This document shows positions 13,396 to 25,782 of a DNA stretch of 64,000 nucleotides, piece after piece. A program made the translations under genes and the position numbers. This DNA is from Eledone cirrhosa. Its lineage: Eukaryota. The number at the start of each line of letters is the position of its first letter. The first letter of the stretch is position 1. The notes beneath the pieces were generated by a model. It did no database searches and was not told the origin of the DNA. It worked only from the letters and a program-made list of their open reading frames with translations. The DNA lies in assembly GCA_964016885.1 (NCBI GenBank), contig OZ024740.1, forward strand, positions 141,174,001 to 141,238,000, in the 5' to 3' direction.

Positions 13396-16300
13396 AACAT
13401 AAAGCCACCAAACCGCCATTTCTTCATTAAGGACCTAATGTCGGGAAGAGGTTTCCTCGTGGATACAGGAGCCTCCTGTAGTATTTGGCCGGTCCATTGC
13501 CTGAAAGATACCCCCATAGAGTCATCTGTTACGCTGCAGGCAGTTAACCACTCGTCTATAAAGACGTACGGGCAAATCTCGCTTCCTCTCAAATTCCTAA
13601 ATCTTCGTAGGGATTTTAAGTGGATTTTTACAGTTGCCGATTTGCCATACCCCATCTTAGGAGCGGATTCCCTACACAACTTCTCTTTGACTGTGGACGT
13701 CCGTGGCCAAAGCCTGGTGGATAACATCACCGGTTTTTCAATTCATGGCCAGGAAGCCAATGCTCCAATAGTCAGCCCCATATTCTTCATCGCTGCCGCT
13801 GGAGACGCCTACCATTCGTTGTTAGGTTCTTTCCCGGAGCTCACGGATGGAAATTTTCGAGTCACTGAGCCAACACACTCGACCGAACATTTCGTTTCCA
13901 CCACCGGTGCTCCAGTGTTTTCGCGTCCACGCCGCTTACCGGCGGAAAAATTAAAGGCAGCACGGTCCGAGTTCGACCATATGCTGCAGCTGGGCATTAT
14001 TTGCCCATCTACGAGTCCTTGGGCTTCACCGTTACACATGGTGCCCAAGACTTCCGGCGACTAGAGACCTACTGGGGATTATAGGAGGTTAAATGCCATG
14101 ACCGTCCCGGATAGGTATCCCATTCCCCATCTCCAGGATTTTGCATCTTCACTGCAGGGGTGTAAGATTTTTTCAAAGCTAGATTTAGTGCGAGCCTACC
14201 ACCAAATTCCGGTCAGGAAGGAGGATATTCCGAAAACGGCGACTACAACCCCTTTCGGATCCTTCGAATTTTTGACCATGCCTTTCGGACTCAGGAACGC
14301 TGCTAGCACTTTTCAGCGGTTCATAGACGAGGTCACTCGTGGTCTGGACTTCGTTTATGCTTACATAGACGATATTCTCGTCGCTAGTTCCTCCCCGGAA
14401 GAACATATGCGCCACATGCATCTCTTATTTCGGCGACTTCAGGATTACCGCGTTCGTGTGAATCCCGCAAAGTGTGTTTTCGGTTCCACTTCCCTAAATT
14501 TTTTAGGCCACCTCATCGACGCCGAAGGTATTAGGCCGCTCCCTCAGCGAGTTCAAGCCATACAGGAGTTACCTCCGCCTACTACACTTCACCACTTGCG
14601 TCACTTCTTAGGCCTAATCAATTTCTATAGGCGTTTCGTTCCTCATTGTGCTAATTTGCTATCTTCCCTTACTGACATTTTAAAAAATCGTCGTAAGAAG
14701 AATGAGGATATTTCCTTGACACAAGGACAGCTTCAAGACTTCCAGACTGCCAAGACAGCACTCGCTAGTTCATCTTTGCTAGCCCACCCGGTACCAGAGG
14801 CCAAGCTTTCGCTTTGTGTTGTTGCATCTGATACCGCTGTGGGAGCAGTTTTACAGCAGTTCTACGCTGGAAACCAACAACCTTTGGCATTTTTCTCGAG
14901 GAAGCTGAAACCAGCAGAAACGCGTTATAGCACGTTTGGGCGGGAATTATTTGCCATATATCTGTCGGTGAAACATGTCTCTCATATTCTTGAGGGGGGA
15001 AATTTTACAGTTTTTACCGACCACAAACCGTTGACCTTCGCTTTGAGGGCTAAAGCCGACAGATATTCGCCCAGAGAGACAAGGCACCTGGACTACGTTT
15101 CACAATTTACAAACGATATCCAGCACATTGCTGGCCCACATAACATAGCTGCAGACGCATTGTCACGTTTGCCAATCAGCTCCATCTCGTCATCCCAGGA
15201 GATCGACTTAGGTCGTTTAGCTGCAGACCAACCTGCACTCCAATCGTTGGACACTCTTTCTGCTGAATTTGCGAGTTGCATTTTCAAATATCTGCCCTTG
15301 TCCACCACCGACAGGCAGATTCTATGTGATGTATCTACGGATTCACCACAACCACTTGTTCCTGAGACTCATCGTCGAATTGTGTTCCTGGCTTTGCACA
15401 ACATTTCTCACTCAGGATCTGCTTCCACAGTAAAGCTCATAACAGCCAGATTCTTCTGGCCAAATATGAGGCGCGACATTGCTGCTTGGTGCCGTTCCTG
15501 CATCGCTTGCCAGAAATCGAAAATCCATAGACACATCCGGACTCCACTTGGTACTTTCAGTACTCCCGATGCTCGGTTTCAGCACATACACATTGACCTC
15601 GTTGGACCTTGGCCATTCAGCAGTGGATATTCATACATATTGACCTGTGTCGAACGTTTTTCGCGATGGCCTGAAGCCATCCCCTTACAAGATATGACTG
15701 CTGAGACTGTAGCACGTGCCCTGGTATCAGGATGGATTACCCGCTTTGGGGTACCAACTACAGTCACCACAGACCGTGGTAGACAATTCGAGTCCCATCT
15801 CTTCTCTGAGCTCACAAAGATAATTGGAGCTCAACGGATTCGGACCACAGCCTATCATCCTGCTTCAAACGGAATGGTGGAACGATTCCACCGCCAATTA
15901 AAGGCCGCTCTTCGCGCCTATCCAGACTCTCAACGTTGGAGCGAGTACCTTCCTATTGTGTTGTTAGGAATTCGGTCATCAATAAAGGAGGACCTGGGGT
16001 TCTCCCCGGCCGAATTACTTTACGGTGCTCCTCTAGCGTTGCCTGGGAAAATGCTTGCCCCTGTTGATCTTGCTTTCCAAGATCCGCTTTCCTACGTATA
16101 TCCCGTCTGCGTTCTTATTTTCAGGACCTGCCGCCGATGGATACGAGGAAACAAACTGTAAAACCTGCGGTCCCGAGGGATATTGCCTCGTGGACCCATG
16201 TGTTCGTAAGGAACGATGCTCTGAGACCACCCCTCACACAACCATAGTCTGGACCCTACCGTGTGTTATCACGTACTGACAAACATTTCACTGTAGACGT

Positions 16301-16508
16301 TAAGGCGTCCAGAGAGACAATTTCGGTGGATAGACTAAAAAGGGCACACAATGACGCTCATACACCCGAGCCACAAATACCCCAATCTTTCTCTCTTGTG
16401 CATACACCTGCTCCTTCTGCCCCACCTTCACCTACATACAAGACCACGACCCGTTCCGGTCGGAGAGTCCACTGGCCCAAAAAGTTCTGCCAAACTGTTT
16501 TCATGTGA
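13378..16508 (+). pseudogene. pol: pol: protease, RT, RNase H, integrase
   Basis: FLVDTGAS; TAG at 14062-64 replaces W of GDWRP; [22 protein letters not shown]; RNase H VVASD (D mutated); HHCC; [23 protein letters not shown]; frameshifted GPY tail; TRSGR. Confidence 0.95.
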
Positions 16509-17717
16509 ACTGGCCACTGGAGCCTTATTATTATTTTTTTTTGTTCTTTTTATTTCTTTCTTTATTATATTACTATGTACCTCTCATTACCATTTTACTG
16601 GATGTATATATATGTTTTTCGTTTCTTCTTACAACGAACATTTAAAAAAAAAAAAAAAAGAAATTTGATTTTTTTTTTACACATTTCAACATGAACACGC
16701 ATTTTCGCTGAATCTCAACTATTGCTTATTCTTTTCGCCAAGCATTTTTCATCGTTCACAAAAAAGTTGAACTCGCCATATTTGTTATACCAAGTGAAGC
16801 CTTTCTTTCTTTTTCATCATATTATCACGTTCACACACAAATTTTTCAAACGACCTGTTGCACTATCATTTTCGTGCCATTTTCTCGCGCAATAGAAATT
16901 TTTTTTTTTTTTTTTCAACTTGACTTTAACCTTGTTTCGGCACGTGTGGGGAGCACACATCTCGACTCAATGAGATAACACACGCCATAGATAATGTTTC
17001 TTGCCAAGGATTCTCCAGCCTTAAGCTATATTCTCATATTTGCCGGTTTAAAAATTTACCTCGTAAATTTGCCGTTGAAAACTGCGCATTTATTCAGAAT
17101 GCTTATTTCTTTGGTCGCTGGCCTCTTGACCCTTCCAGGACAACGCATTCTCAACATCGACCATCAACTGTGGCTGTTATTTCTAGCACTTTGCGCAACT
17201 CATCTTTTTCTGGGAAAATTTTTACTGTGAATTTAAACAGCATCGAATACGCTCACTCCGCGAGACAACAACATCAACAACAACAACACAGCTTCATCAA
17301 CAACCAAAACCAGCAGAACAAGCCAGAGAATTTATTTTTGCAGCACTCTTCCTGTGAGAAAATCCCACCGAATTTCACGTTGTACCACAGTCTAGAGACC
17401 ACCTGCATACATTCTCTGGAGGACACACTTTCTTTCCTGCTGTCATGTGATTGCACACCTGTGAACTGTATTTGGAACATTTGAACTTTGACCTCTTTTT
17501 TACTTTGATTACATTGTATCTTTGAGTGATGGATAGATAGTTCTCTGGCCAAGAGCGGTTGGCTACCTTGATATCTATCATTGATTTTTGCATGCATATA
17601 TTTTTCTGTTTTCCTTTGTTTGCAAGCACTATTTTTTTTTCGTAATTTTCATGCCTGTAACATGCTCGCCATCTTACTCCATACATGGTTCATTCGATTT
17701 TTATATTTTAAAAATCT

Positions 17718-17729
17718 GGCGGGAGATAA
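17718..17729 (+). other. Polypurine tract
   Basis: ggcgggagataa directly before the 3' LTR. Confidence 0.75.
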
Positions 17730-18209
17730 TGTAGCAAGAGTTGCCTCTCTTGTTATGACAATCACATCACCGCTCTCTAGACAGGAAGTAGCTGGAGTTA
17801 CTTCCCGTTGGGGTGGCAGAACCCTTTTTGTCACTTCCGTCCGGAGACCCTATAAAAGGGACAGGTCAGGGCGATCTCACTCTCTCGCCTCCTGAATCCC
17901 AAAGTGTTAACAACACCTGCAACCTTGTCATGAGATGACTCTCTCTCATTTCCTTCGCCATCAAGAAGAAGAATTCCTCCCTCATTTCCTTCGCCACTCA
18001 AGAAGAATACCACCGGCAGCCTAAGAAGATGTTAACACCTCCAAGAGAAGATCTCTGTTCTTCTCCATACACTTCAGCCTAGGAGTTGTGACCAACGGGT
18101 AACCATTTATTTATATTAATCCATTTGACTTCTGTGAAGTAAAACCTTGTCACAACACACACCGGCATTTATTGTCATTTCTGATAATGCATATATGTAC
18201 ACCGATACA
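17730..18209 (+). repeat. 3' LTR (480 bp, TG...CA)
   Basis: TGTAGCAAG ... CCGATACA. Confidence 0.95.
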
Positions 18210-18277
18210 AATCTCCTAAAGTTTCATTTAGTAGATCAGCCATTGTTGATGAATCAAGGAGTGGTTCACACTGCTGC

Positions 18278-18313
<36 letters not shown>

Positions 18314-19090
18314 CGTTGTTGTTGCTGTTGTTGTTGTTGTTGATGCTGCTGTTGCTGTTGTTGTTGTTGCTGTTGTTGTTGTTGTTGTTGTTGTAGCTGT
18401 TGTTGTTGTTGTTGTTGCCGTTGTTGTTGTTGTTGCTGCTGTTGCTGCTGCTGGATAGCGTCCGAAGAAAAAACACACCGTAGTTTATCCAAATGTTTAT
18501 TGATTAATTTAAAAGCAACTTCGATTTGCTTTAATTTATTTTGAATCTGTTGTTCAGATCGGGTTTTCAAAAGGTGAACTGTACGTTTAGCAATTTCGTT
18601 CAGACATGAAGCATCTATCTCTTCTGTTTGGGTAAGGCAATGACATGTGTTTATTAGAATGTCGATTTCATTATCAGACCAGTTCTGTTTGGATTTTTGC
18701 TGGTTAGCCATTCTAGTTTTGAGTGTGTGTGTGTGTGTGTTTTAGTTAAGTATTTCAATATATTTGTTTTTCTTGATATTTGTTTTTCTTGTGTGTGAGT
18801 GAGAAGTGTATATATAAATATGAGTATATATATATAAATATATTCTGGTTATTTGGTTGTTTGAAATTAATGAAATTAATGAAAAGACGAAAGTATATAA
18901 TAATTTGTAGTTAAAGGAAAATGTACTAACAAGTTGGTAAACACGTGGTTTCAAATATATAAGAATATAGATGTATGTAAATGTAAATGACCGGTCAATT
19001 TGGTTTGTTTGGTTTTGTAGCTGTGTGACTTGATGCTTATTCGGGGAGAGAAGTGAAAACACGTCTTTATACTACTACAACACTCAAAGA
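18210..19090 (-). mobile_element. Probable 5' part of the CR1-group LINE (5' UTR and ORF1 N-terminus with poly-Gln)
   Basis: ORF MANQQKSKQNWSDNEIDILI..RSEQQIQNKLK..polyQ runs into the LTR at 18209. It has the same strand and frame as the ORF1 remainder below 12493. Confidence 0.7.
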
Positions 19091-19123
<33 letters not shown>

Positions 19124-19540
19124 GAGAAGAAAGAATACTGCGTGGTTGCACATGGGTTACATATGATAAAAATAGTCCTTCGTCAGTGATTTTCCAACCT
19201 TCATTGGTATTTCATCGCTTTAAAAATCATATACCTCCAGTTGGTACGAGCAATAGCTAAATAAAGCTATTGGGCAAGTAAATCGCGTAAAGCGAGCGAG
19301 ACAAGTAAACAAACATAGAAGGATAGCAACGCAAAGATAGGAAAAAACAGGCACATGGGAGTCCGATCAGCTTTAGCTGTGTAGATTTCATGGGCGAGAG
19401 ACTACAGACCGTCCGACGCGAGTGAGGTGTGAGCAGGGAAAGACCCCACTACAGGCCAAACGGGAGGAAGTGAGAAGGGGAGAAGCAGAGAGTGAGTGGA
19501 AGTGCGAGGAAGAGGCCAGTCGAGGGAAAGTGTAACTGAC

Positions 19541-20018
<478 letters not shown>

Positions 20019-20294
20019 TAAACGGAATAGAAAATGCTGACAAATTGTTCACAGTTGAAAAATGGTTTAATTAGGAATAAAAGAGTATTAGTAATTGTAT
20101 GGGTTAGTATTCAGTTGTGGTTTTAAGTTTTTAAGTTTTTACCGGTTGCGCATTTCTAAATGCTTTTCAAAAATGATTTTGAGATAGAGTGTCCGTGTCG
20201 TTTGCTCTGATCTATATAAAAATTGATGAGCAGAACAAACATTAAATAATCCTTTAAATAAATTAAAAAATGATTTAAATATCTACCTGTTCAT

Positions 20295-20676
20295 AATGCT
20301 ATTACCGGCGGTTTCCATTTACAAAAGATTAGAAATTCAGAGAATTTCCAACGGAAAGTAAACTTCATCAGATAGCTATTTCCTTTCTATAGGACTTATG
20401 TCCCACGGTCTGCAAATATAATGCCAACTACCAGCTCGTATGAGTTATGGCCGTTAAAGTGACCCATACGTGAACCGGCCGCTAGTGAAAGCGGGAATAT
20501 TACAGACTTGTTGATGGCTTTGCTACTAAAAAAATAGCAGTAAGCAACAACGAATTTTTTCTCTACATAGATTGGAGAATATAGAAAGGAAATAGCTATC
20601 TGATGAAGTTTACTTTCCGTTGGAAATTCTCTGAATTTTTAATCTTTTGTAAATGGAAACCGCCGGTAATAGCATT
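20295..20676. mobile_element. MITE/foldback element with 97-bp terminal inverted repeats
   Basis: 20295-20391 is the reverse complement of 20580-20676 with one mismatch; 188-bp spacer. Confidence 0.8.
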
Positions 20677-21139
20677 GGTGGAAGGGTGTGAGGCGTGTAG
20701 GGGTGGTGACGGGTGGAGTGGGGAGAGGGAGGCGGGGTGTCCGAGTGGGGAGGGCTGAAGGTAGTGTTTGTGTATGTGTGTAGGTGACGTGTGTGTGTGT
20801 GTGTGAATGAGAGAGTTGGGGGAAGAACGAGGTTCCATGTTCAGGAAAAGGTGTGTGTGGGGTGGGGTGTAGGTCGGTGTGTGTGTGCGTGTGGATGGGG
20901 AGGGGTCAGAGGGGGGGATTCTGGAGGCTGAGTGTGTATATATGTGGGGGTACGCACGTGTGTGTTGGTGTTTATGTTTTGTGAATGTAGGTGGCGTGGT
21001 TCGAAAAAAAATTGTGAGTGGCAGTTCCGTTGGTAAGTTCCTAAGGTAGTTCCGTAGAGGATGTGAAGAGTGCCGGATATTTTCCATCTTATGGAGTGGA
21101 TAGTTGGAACGATGGCCGGTGGTGTGTAATCCGATATAT

Positions 21140-21400
21140 ATATATATATATATATATATTGTTATACTTTGGGAGGGTCATGTTGCCAATAAGAAACACA
21201 TTCACCAGTTGCTTTTACTCTAATTTATTATAAATTTAAAAATTAAAAAAGAATTTTTTTTTTTAAATTTATAAATTTCCGATTGGTTGGTTGGTTGGTT
21301 CCACAACCGGACGGTTGTTCATATATTGTCAAAGTTCTTTCGCCAAACATTCTGTGACCTCTTCAGTGACTGGGGATTCTTTTCTTTGTTTTGTGCCTCT
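21140..21400 (-). mobile_element. Penelope-like terminal-repeat fragment
   Basis: tttcgcc..acctcttcag motif typical of PLE pLTRs; ttgttatactt(g)ggagggtcat is shared with 19853. Confidence 0.45.
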
Positions 21401-21859
21401 CCTTTGTTCTGTCCTACGCCATCTTGTTTTTGTGTGTGTTGTGTGCTTAGTTTGCGTATGTGTTACATCCGGGTGTCTGTGTGTGTTTTTATTTGTTTAT
21501 TTATTTGTTTATTTACATGTTACTGGTTGGTTGTTTGTTCTATGTGTGAGTGTTTTCATTTTGTCCTTAATTGTAAGTTGTGATGTTGCTATTCCATTCA
21601 TGTTTTCTATTTAATTTTGGTTGGAGTTCATTTATGTTTATTGCCTCTGTGATTTGTCTAAACATTGCGTCTTTTCTGTGTGTAGATTTTATTTTTATTT
21701 CTATGTTCTTTAATGGTACATGTCATTGAGTGTGTTATTCCAATTGCATCATCGTTGACTATTTGGAGTGTAAATTACACAACCCTTGTTATTTAACACT
21801 CTAAAAGATACGCGCAAAAATAAGCATTGTGGTACTTAAATACAGCCACAGATGTTGTA

Positions 21860-21930
21860 GCCACCTGTGGTTCAGTGGTAGAATTTCGTATGCCATGCTG
21901 GCGGTCTGGGTTCGATTCTCGGCCGCTGCG
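21860..21930 (+). pseudogene. tRNA-Gly pseudogene
   Basis: gtggttcagtggtagaat..gggttcgattctcggccg with a broken anticodon arm. Confidence 0.85.
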
Positions 21931-22059
21931 TGTTTTCGTTTTTATTTTAGATTGTTTGGCCTCTATTTAGTTTTAAATAAATAGATTTGATAAAACGCAT
22001 TTCTGTTCTTATCATATGTGGTTTTTTGTGTTTTTCTTTTTGTATTTTTGTATTTTCTC

Positions 22060-22510
22060 TCTCCAGTGTTCTGTTAGGTTATCGAGGATGAATGTCACAG
22101 TCATCGCAGCAGTGATTTTCATTCCAGTCATGCAACACTCGGCATCAAACCTATGTCGGAGTTCCCCTTCTGACGAATTAAATAATCCCATTTCGTCTGC
22201 ATATTTCAGCCAACTGATCCTACACCTGCCAGTCATGATATCTCTTCCAAACCAAATGAGCATGCCAATCTTAGTCATGAAGATTATGAACAGGCGACGT
22301 GAGAGTACGCACCCTTGGAGGAGTCAGAATTGCATATTGAATGCTTTCAATTTAGCACCATTTATCCGAACACAAATTACTCGAACATTAGTATAGAGAC
22401 ATCAGGGCAAGAAATAGTTGGCCATTGATCCCATACTTCTGTAGAACTTTCCATGGCATGTTCCGGGTAATGTGGTCGTAGACCTTGTCAAGGTCTACAA
22501 GGAAAGAATA
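22060..22510 (-). mobile_element. RTE RT fragment (part of the ancestral tRNA-array unit)
   Basis: FLVDLDKVYD..LQGCVLS..LKYADEMGLF..FDAECCMTGMKI. Confidence 0.8.
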
Positions 22511-22558
22511 TTATTTTAAAATAAATTACTTGCTATATCTAGAAGCGACGTGCTGTAA

Positions 22559-22629
22559 TCATCGGTGGTTCAGTGGTAGAATGCTCGCCTTCCACGCGGG
22601 CGGCCTGGATTCGATCCCCGGACGATGCA
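22559..22629 (+). pseudogene. tRNA-Gly copy with TCC anticodon, probable pseudogene
   Basis: gctcgccTTCCAcgcgggc; G1>T plus acceptor-stem and T-arm substitutions. Confidence 0.75.
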
Positions 22630-22934
22630 CATGACAAATATATTTGTATTTTTACATTTTAGTTTACTTTTGTGATTGTTATTGTTCCAACCCGAGTTCA
22701 AGCAATTCCAAATATAAAAACAGATAAGAACCTTATTTAGCAAAACATCCGTGAATAAGTTTACATTACTGTCATTGTAATGAAGAATTAGTTTCATAAA
22801 TAGTTGAATTTTTTTCAATGAAGAAAACGTTTGAATATAAGTTTGAAAGCAGAGGAAAGGAGAGTGGTTCCAGCTGGATCTTGTCGAGATAAAAAAAATA
22901 ATGTGTTTGTTAAATACAGTGGTACATAGAGTAT

Positions 22935-23005
22935 GAATTGGTGTTTCCTTGGTAGAATGCTCACCTGACAATCGGGTGTCGTGCGTTTGATTCCCGCCAG
23001 ATGGG
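22935..23005 (+). pseudogene. Highly diverged tRNA-Gly pseudogene subtype (paralogues near 28350-28420 -, 31897-31968 -, 34274-34343 +)
   Basis: gaattggtgtttccttggtagaatgctc.cctgaca..gattcccgccagatg. Confidence 0.7.
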
Positions 23006-23244
23006 TTTATAATATTTTCTGTTCATGGTTTCATATTTTTCTCTTTTAAATTGTAATTTAGTTCTGGAGAAAATTGATAGAGTAGACTTTTACCGGAGGT
23101 GTTCCAGCAGTTGTCATCCTATTTTTATATATTTACGGGTGCCGTCACGCCGCGTGGCACGCTGCCCCTTACATCAAGTGCCTTATACTATAGACTCGGG
23201 TTGACCAATGCATAAACCAACCGATAGACGGCGTGACGAACCTT

Positions 23245-23705
23245 GACTATTAGGGTCGACAAGAAAAGCTCAAAGTCTATTCTCTCCAACGCCGCCTTGA
23301 ACGCTACATTATCTGCATAATGTGGAAAATATTCCATCAGCATTGCCCAAATGATGTTGGCATCATCTTTGAAGTAAACCTAAGGCCCGATGCTATCCGC
23401 CGACAACAAAAATCACACTTGCATTCCATAACAACATCACAGCAATATTGTTTCACATTAACTGGCCCGTTCTCTTTAGCATTAAACCAAAACACATTAA
23501 AAGAGAAACAGATCCCATAAAATTCAAATGTCTCGGAGCAAATTCTTCCAAGAAATCCCGGATAAACTTCCTAGCTCCGGATATGTCTCCGTAAACAATA
23601 ACTTTCTACTCAAGTTGGTCATGATGTCCAAATCCTGATTTAAAAAACTTCACCAGGTGTTGCTATTAAGTTAGACATGGCCTGGGCCAATACTGGCCAA
23701 AACAA
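23245..23705 (+). mobile_element. 5'-truncated copy of the CR1-group LINE
   Basis: YSLQRRLERYIICIMWKIFHQHCPNDVGI and the same 3' tail (gacatggcctgggccaatactggccaaaaca) as at 8670-8700. Confidence 0.88.
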
Positions 23706-23864
23706 ATTTGGATTGGTACATGTCGTTGAGTGTTTAATTCCAATTGAATCATGTTTGACTAACTGGAGTGTAAATTACACAATCCTGGTTGTTTAACACA
23801 TTATAAAAAAAATACATACACATATGAACATTGTGTTAGTTAAATAGACAGACTTTCTGCACAG

Positions 23865-23939
23865 GCATCGGTGGTTTAGTTTAGTGGTAGAATGTTTGTT
23901 TGCCATGAGGTGGCCAGGGTTCGATTCCCGGCCGGTGCA
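23865..23939 (+). pseudogene. tRNA-Gly pseudogene
   Basis: D-arm duplication (tttag x2) and broken anticodon stem. Confidence 0.85.
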
Positions 23940-24199
23940 CAACCCGCCTTCTTTTTCTCTATTTTTACTTTTCTGATTATTATTGTTCAGCCTCCAGTCT
24001 AAACTATTCCAAATCAAAAAACCAATTTTTCCGAACACAAACTACTCTGGCCTTCGTATAGAGATATCGGGACAAGAAAAAACTATCCATCGATACTATA
24101 CTCCTTCTGAATGTGGCATGTGGTCGTATGTTTTTCCGAGGTTTACACAGAAAGAATTTTATCTTTAAATAAATTATTTGAGATGTTTGGGCTCGAAAG

Positions 24200-24271
24200 A
24201 TTGTATGTATTTCAGTGGTGGAATGCTCCCCTGCCACGCGGGCTGCCCGACTTCAATTCCCGGCCGATGCA
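24200..24271 (+). pseudogene. tRNA-Gly pseudogene
   Basis: ttcagtggtggaatgctcccctgccacgcgggctgcccgacttcaattcccggccgatgca. Confidence 0.8.
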
Positions 24272-24354
24272 CATAAAAGGTTATATTTCTTGTTGCTGCT
24301 TTCTACTTTTTTCAAATTGTTATGATTAATATGTTCTTTTATTAAAGATTGTTG

Positions 24355-24774
24355 TTTTTTTGTTTTTTTTTAAGCTATATAAATTTTATTACAGCTGTAT
24401 AAATTTACAGTAGAATAACGTTGCAAATATGTCTTAAATATATACATAAATAACATAACAAATGCGTAAATAATATAAATTGCCTGCAATTCGTTCAGGA
24501 CAAATATGTCTAAACCGTGTATAACGCAATAATATAAATCCATGAACAAAAATAATAAAGGAAAGAAAAAAAGAAGGAAAAGAAGGGGGGCAATTCACCA
24601 GCAAGTGTGATAATCGGACGCACTTCACACCTTGGGGGTTAACTGCGCACTTTAGGCAAGCCAACACACTCGCGGCATTACCATGGTTGATGGCGAGGTT
24701 GACGCGCTGAAATAACTAAGCATCCTCACGGGAATCACCTGACACCTCAGTAAGGCGAGCCGCCAGTGAAGAAG
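24355..24774 (-). mobile_element. CRE-like element 3' end with AATAAA and poly(A)
   Basis: SLAARLTEVSGDSREDA*LFQRVNLAINHGNAASVLACL, followed by a 3' UTR and an A-tail on the minus strand. Confidence 0.75.
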
Positions 24775-24865
24775 CCTTGAGTCTAAGATACTGCAAATAA
24801 CTTTATTTCACAAGAAGTCCGTTAATCAGTAATGTGTTTATTAAATACAGTTGCGTTTTGTGTGG

Positions 24866-24928
24866 GCATCGGTGGTAGAATGCCCGCCTGCCACGCGGGT
24901 GGTCCAGGTTACATTCCCTACCGATGCA
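24866..24928 (+). pseudogene. 63-nt D-arm-deleted tRNA-Gly derivative
   Basis: 8-nt deletion between GTGGT direct repeats; same sequence as the array copies. Confidence 0.88.
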
Positions 24929-25239
24929 TTTATAAAATTAGCGGTTGTTGTGCGTGGATTGGATTTATTTTCTTTGTTTTTTTATGTTGTTATTTCATCC
25001 TAGGATAATTTGGTTGAGCAGACATTTCTCGGGGGTGTTCGAGTAGTTGTTATCCAATTTTTATATATTTACGGGTCCTGTCCCACTGCGCAGCGCGCGG
25101 CCCCTTATATCAAGTGTCTTCTACTATCGCCTCTGGTTGACCAATGCATTGTCACAGAAATTTGGAAGACGGAATCTGTAGAAGCTAGTTTTGTCTGAGT
25201 GTGAAGGTATATATGATATATTAATGTATAATGATATAC

Positions 25240-25560
25240 AACATATTCCAGCCTGTGGCTTTCGAGACGTTTGGAGGAGTCAGGCTGCTGACTGCGAGGT
25301 TCCTCTCTTCACTGGCGGCTCGACTAATAGAGGTAACTGGCGAATCTCGCGAGGGCGCTTGGTTGTTCCAGCGCATTAGCCTCGCCATCACCCGACGCAA
25401 CTTTGCGAGTGTGCTGGCTTGCCTCAAAAATCATTAGAGAGGTTGCCCAGTACTCCTCGCGACGCTGTTGTCTTTTTCTCTGGTGTTGGCTCGGTTGTTC
25501 ACCCCTTCCTTTACATTTTATTTAATATTGCAACAATAAAGGAATATATCCTTCAGAAAG
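25240..25560 (+). mobile_element. CRE-like element 3' end
   Basis: FQPVAFETFGG..SSLAARLIEVTGESREGAWLFQRISLAITRRNFASVLACL*, then AATAAA at ~25534. Confidence 0.8.
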
Positions 25561-25597
25561 AATCACGAGGAATTTATAATGTTATTTATGTATATAA

Positions 25598-25782
25598 TGG
25601 CGGTGGATTGGCAGTATCGGTAGAGGGTCGGACGCCATGCTTTCCAGCATAGTTACGTCCCTTTACAATCTGAGTTCAAATCCCGCCGAGGTTGACTTTG
25701 CCTTTCATCCTTACGGGGTAGATAAAATAATGAACCAGTAATGCACTGGGTAATTGCTGGCCTTGTGCCTCAAGTAGAAACA
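25598..25782 (+). mobile_element. tRNA-derived SINE with 17-bp TSD
   Basis: A/B boxes (ggcggtggattggcag; gagttcaaatccc); central gaggttgactttgcctttcatcc domain (Meta-SINE-like, from memory); TSD gttatttatgtatataa at 25581-97 and 25783-99. Confidence 0.9.

Larger units (their letters stand above)
12494..18209 (+). mobile_element. Ty3/Gypsy LTR retrotransposon, CsRn1/Kabuki-like, internally deleted
   Basis: Two ~480-bp LTRs, a CHCC gag knuckle, PR-RT-RH-IN order and a PPT. Confidence 0.95.

Noticed and set aside
18147-18478. Poly-Val/Asn/Thr ORFs
   Set aside because: Alternative frames of the (CAA/CAG)n poly-Gln tract.
20600-20630. CTGATGA..GAAA in the MITE arm as a hammerhead
   Set aside because: No stem II or stem I pairing.
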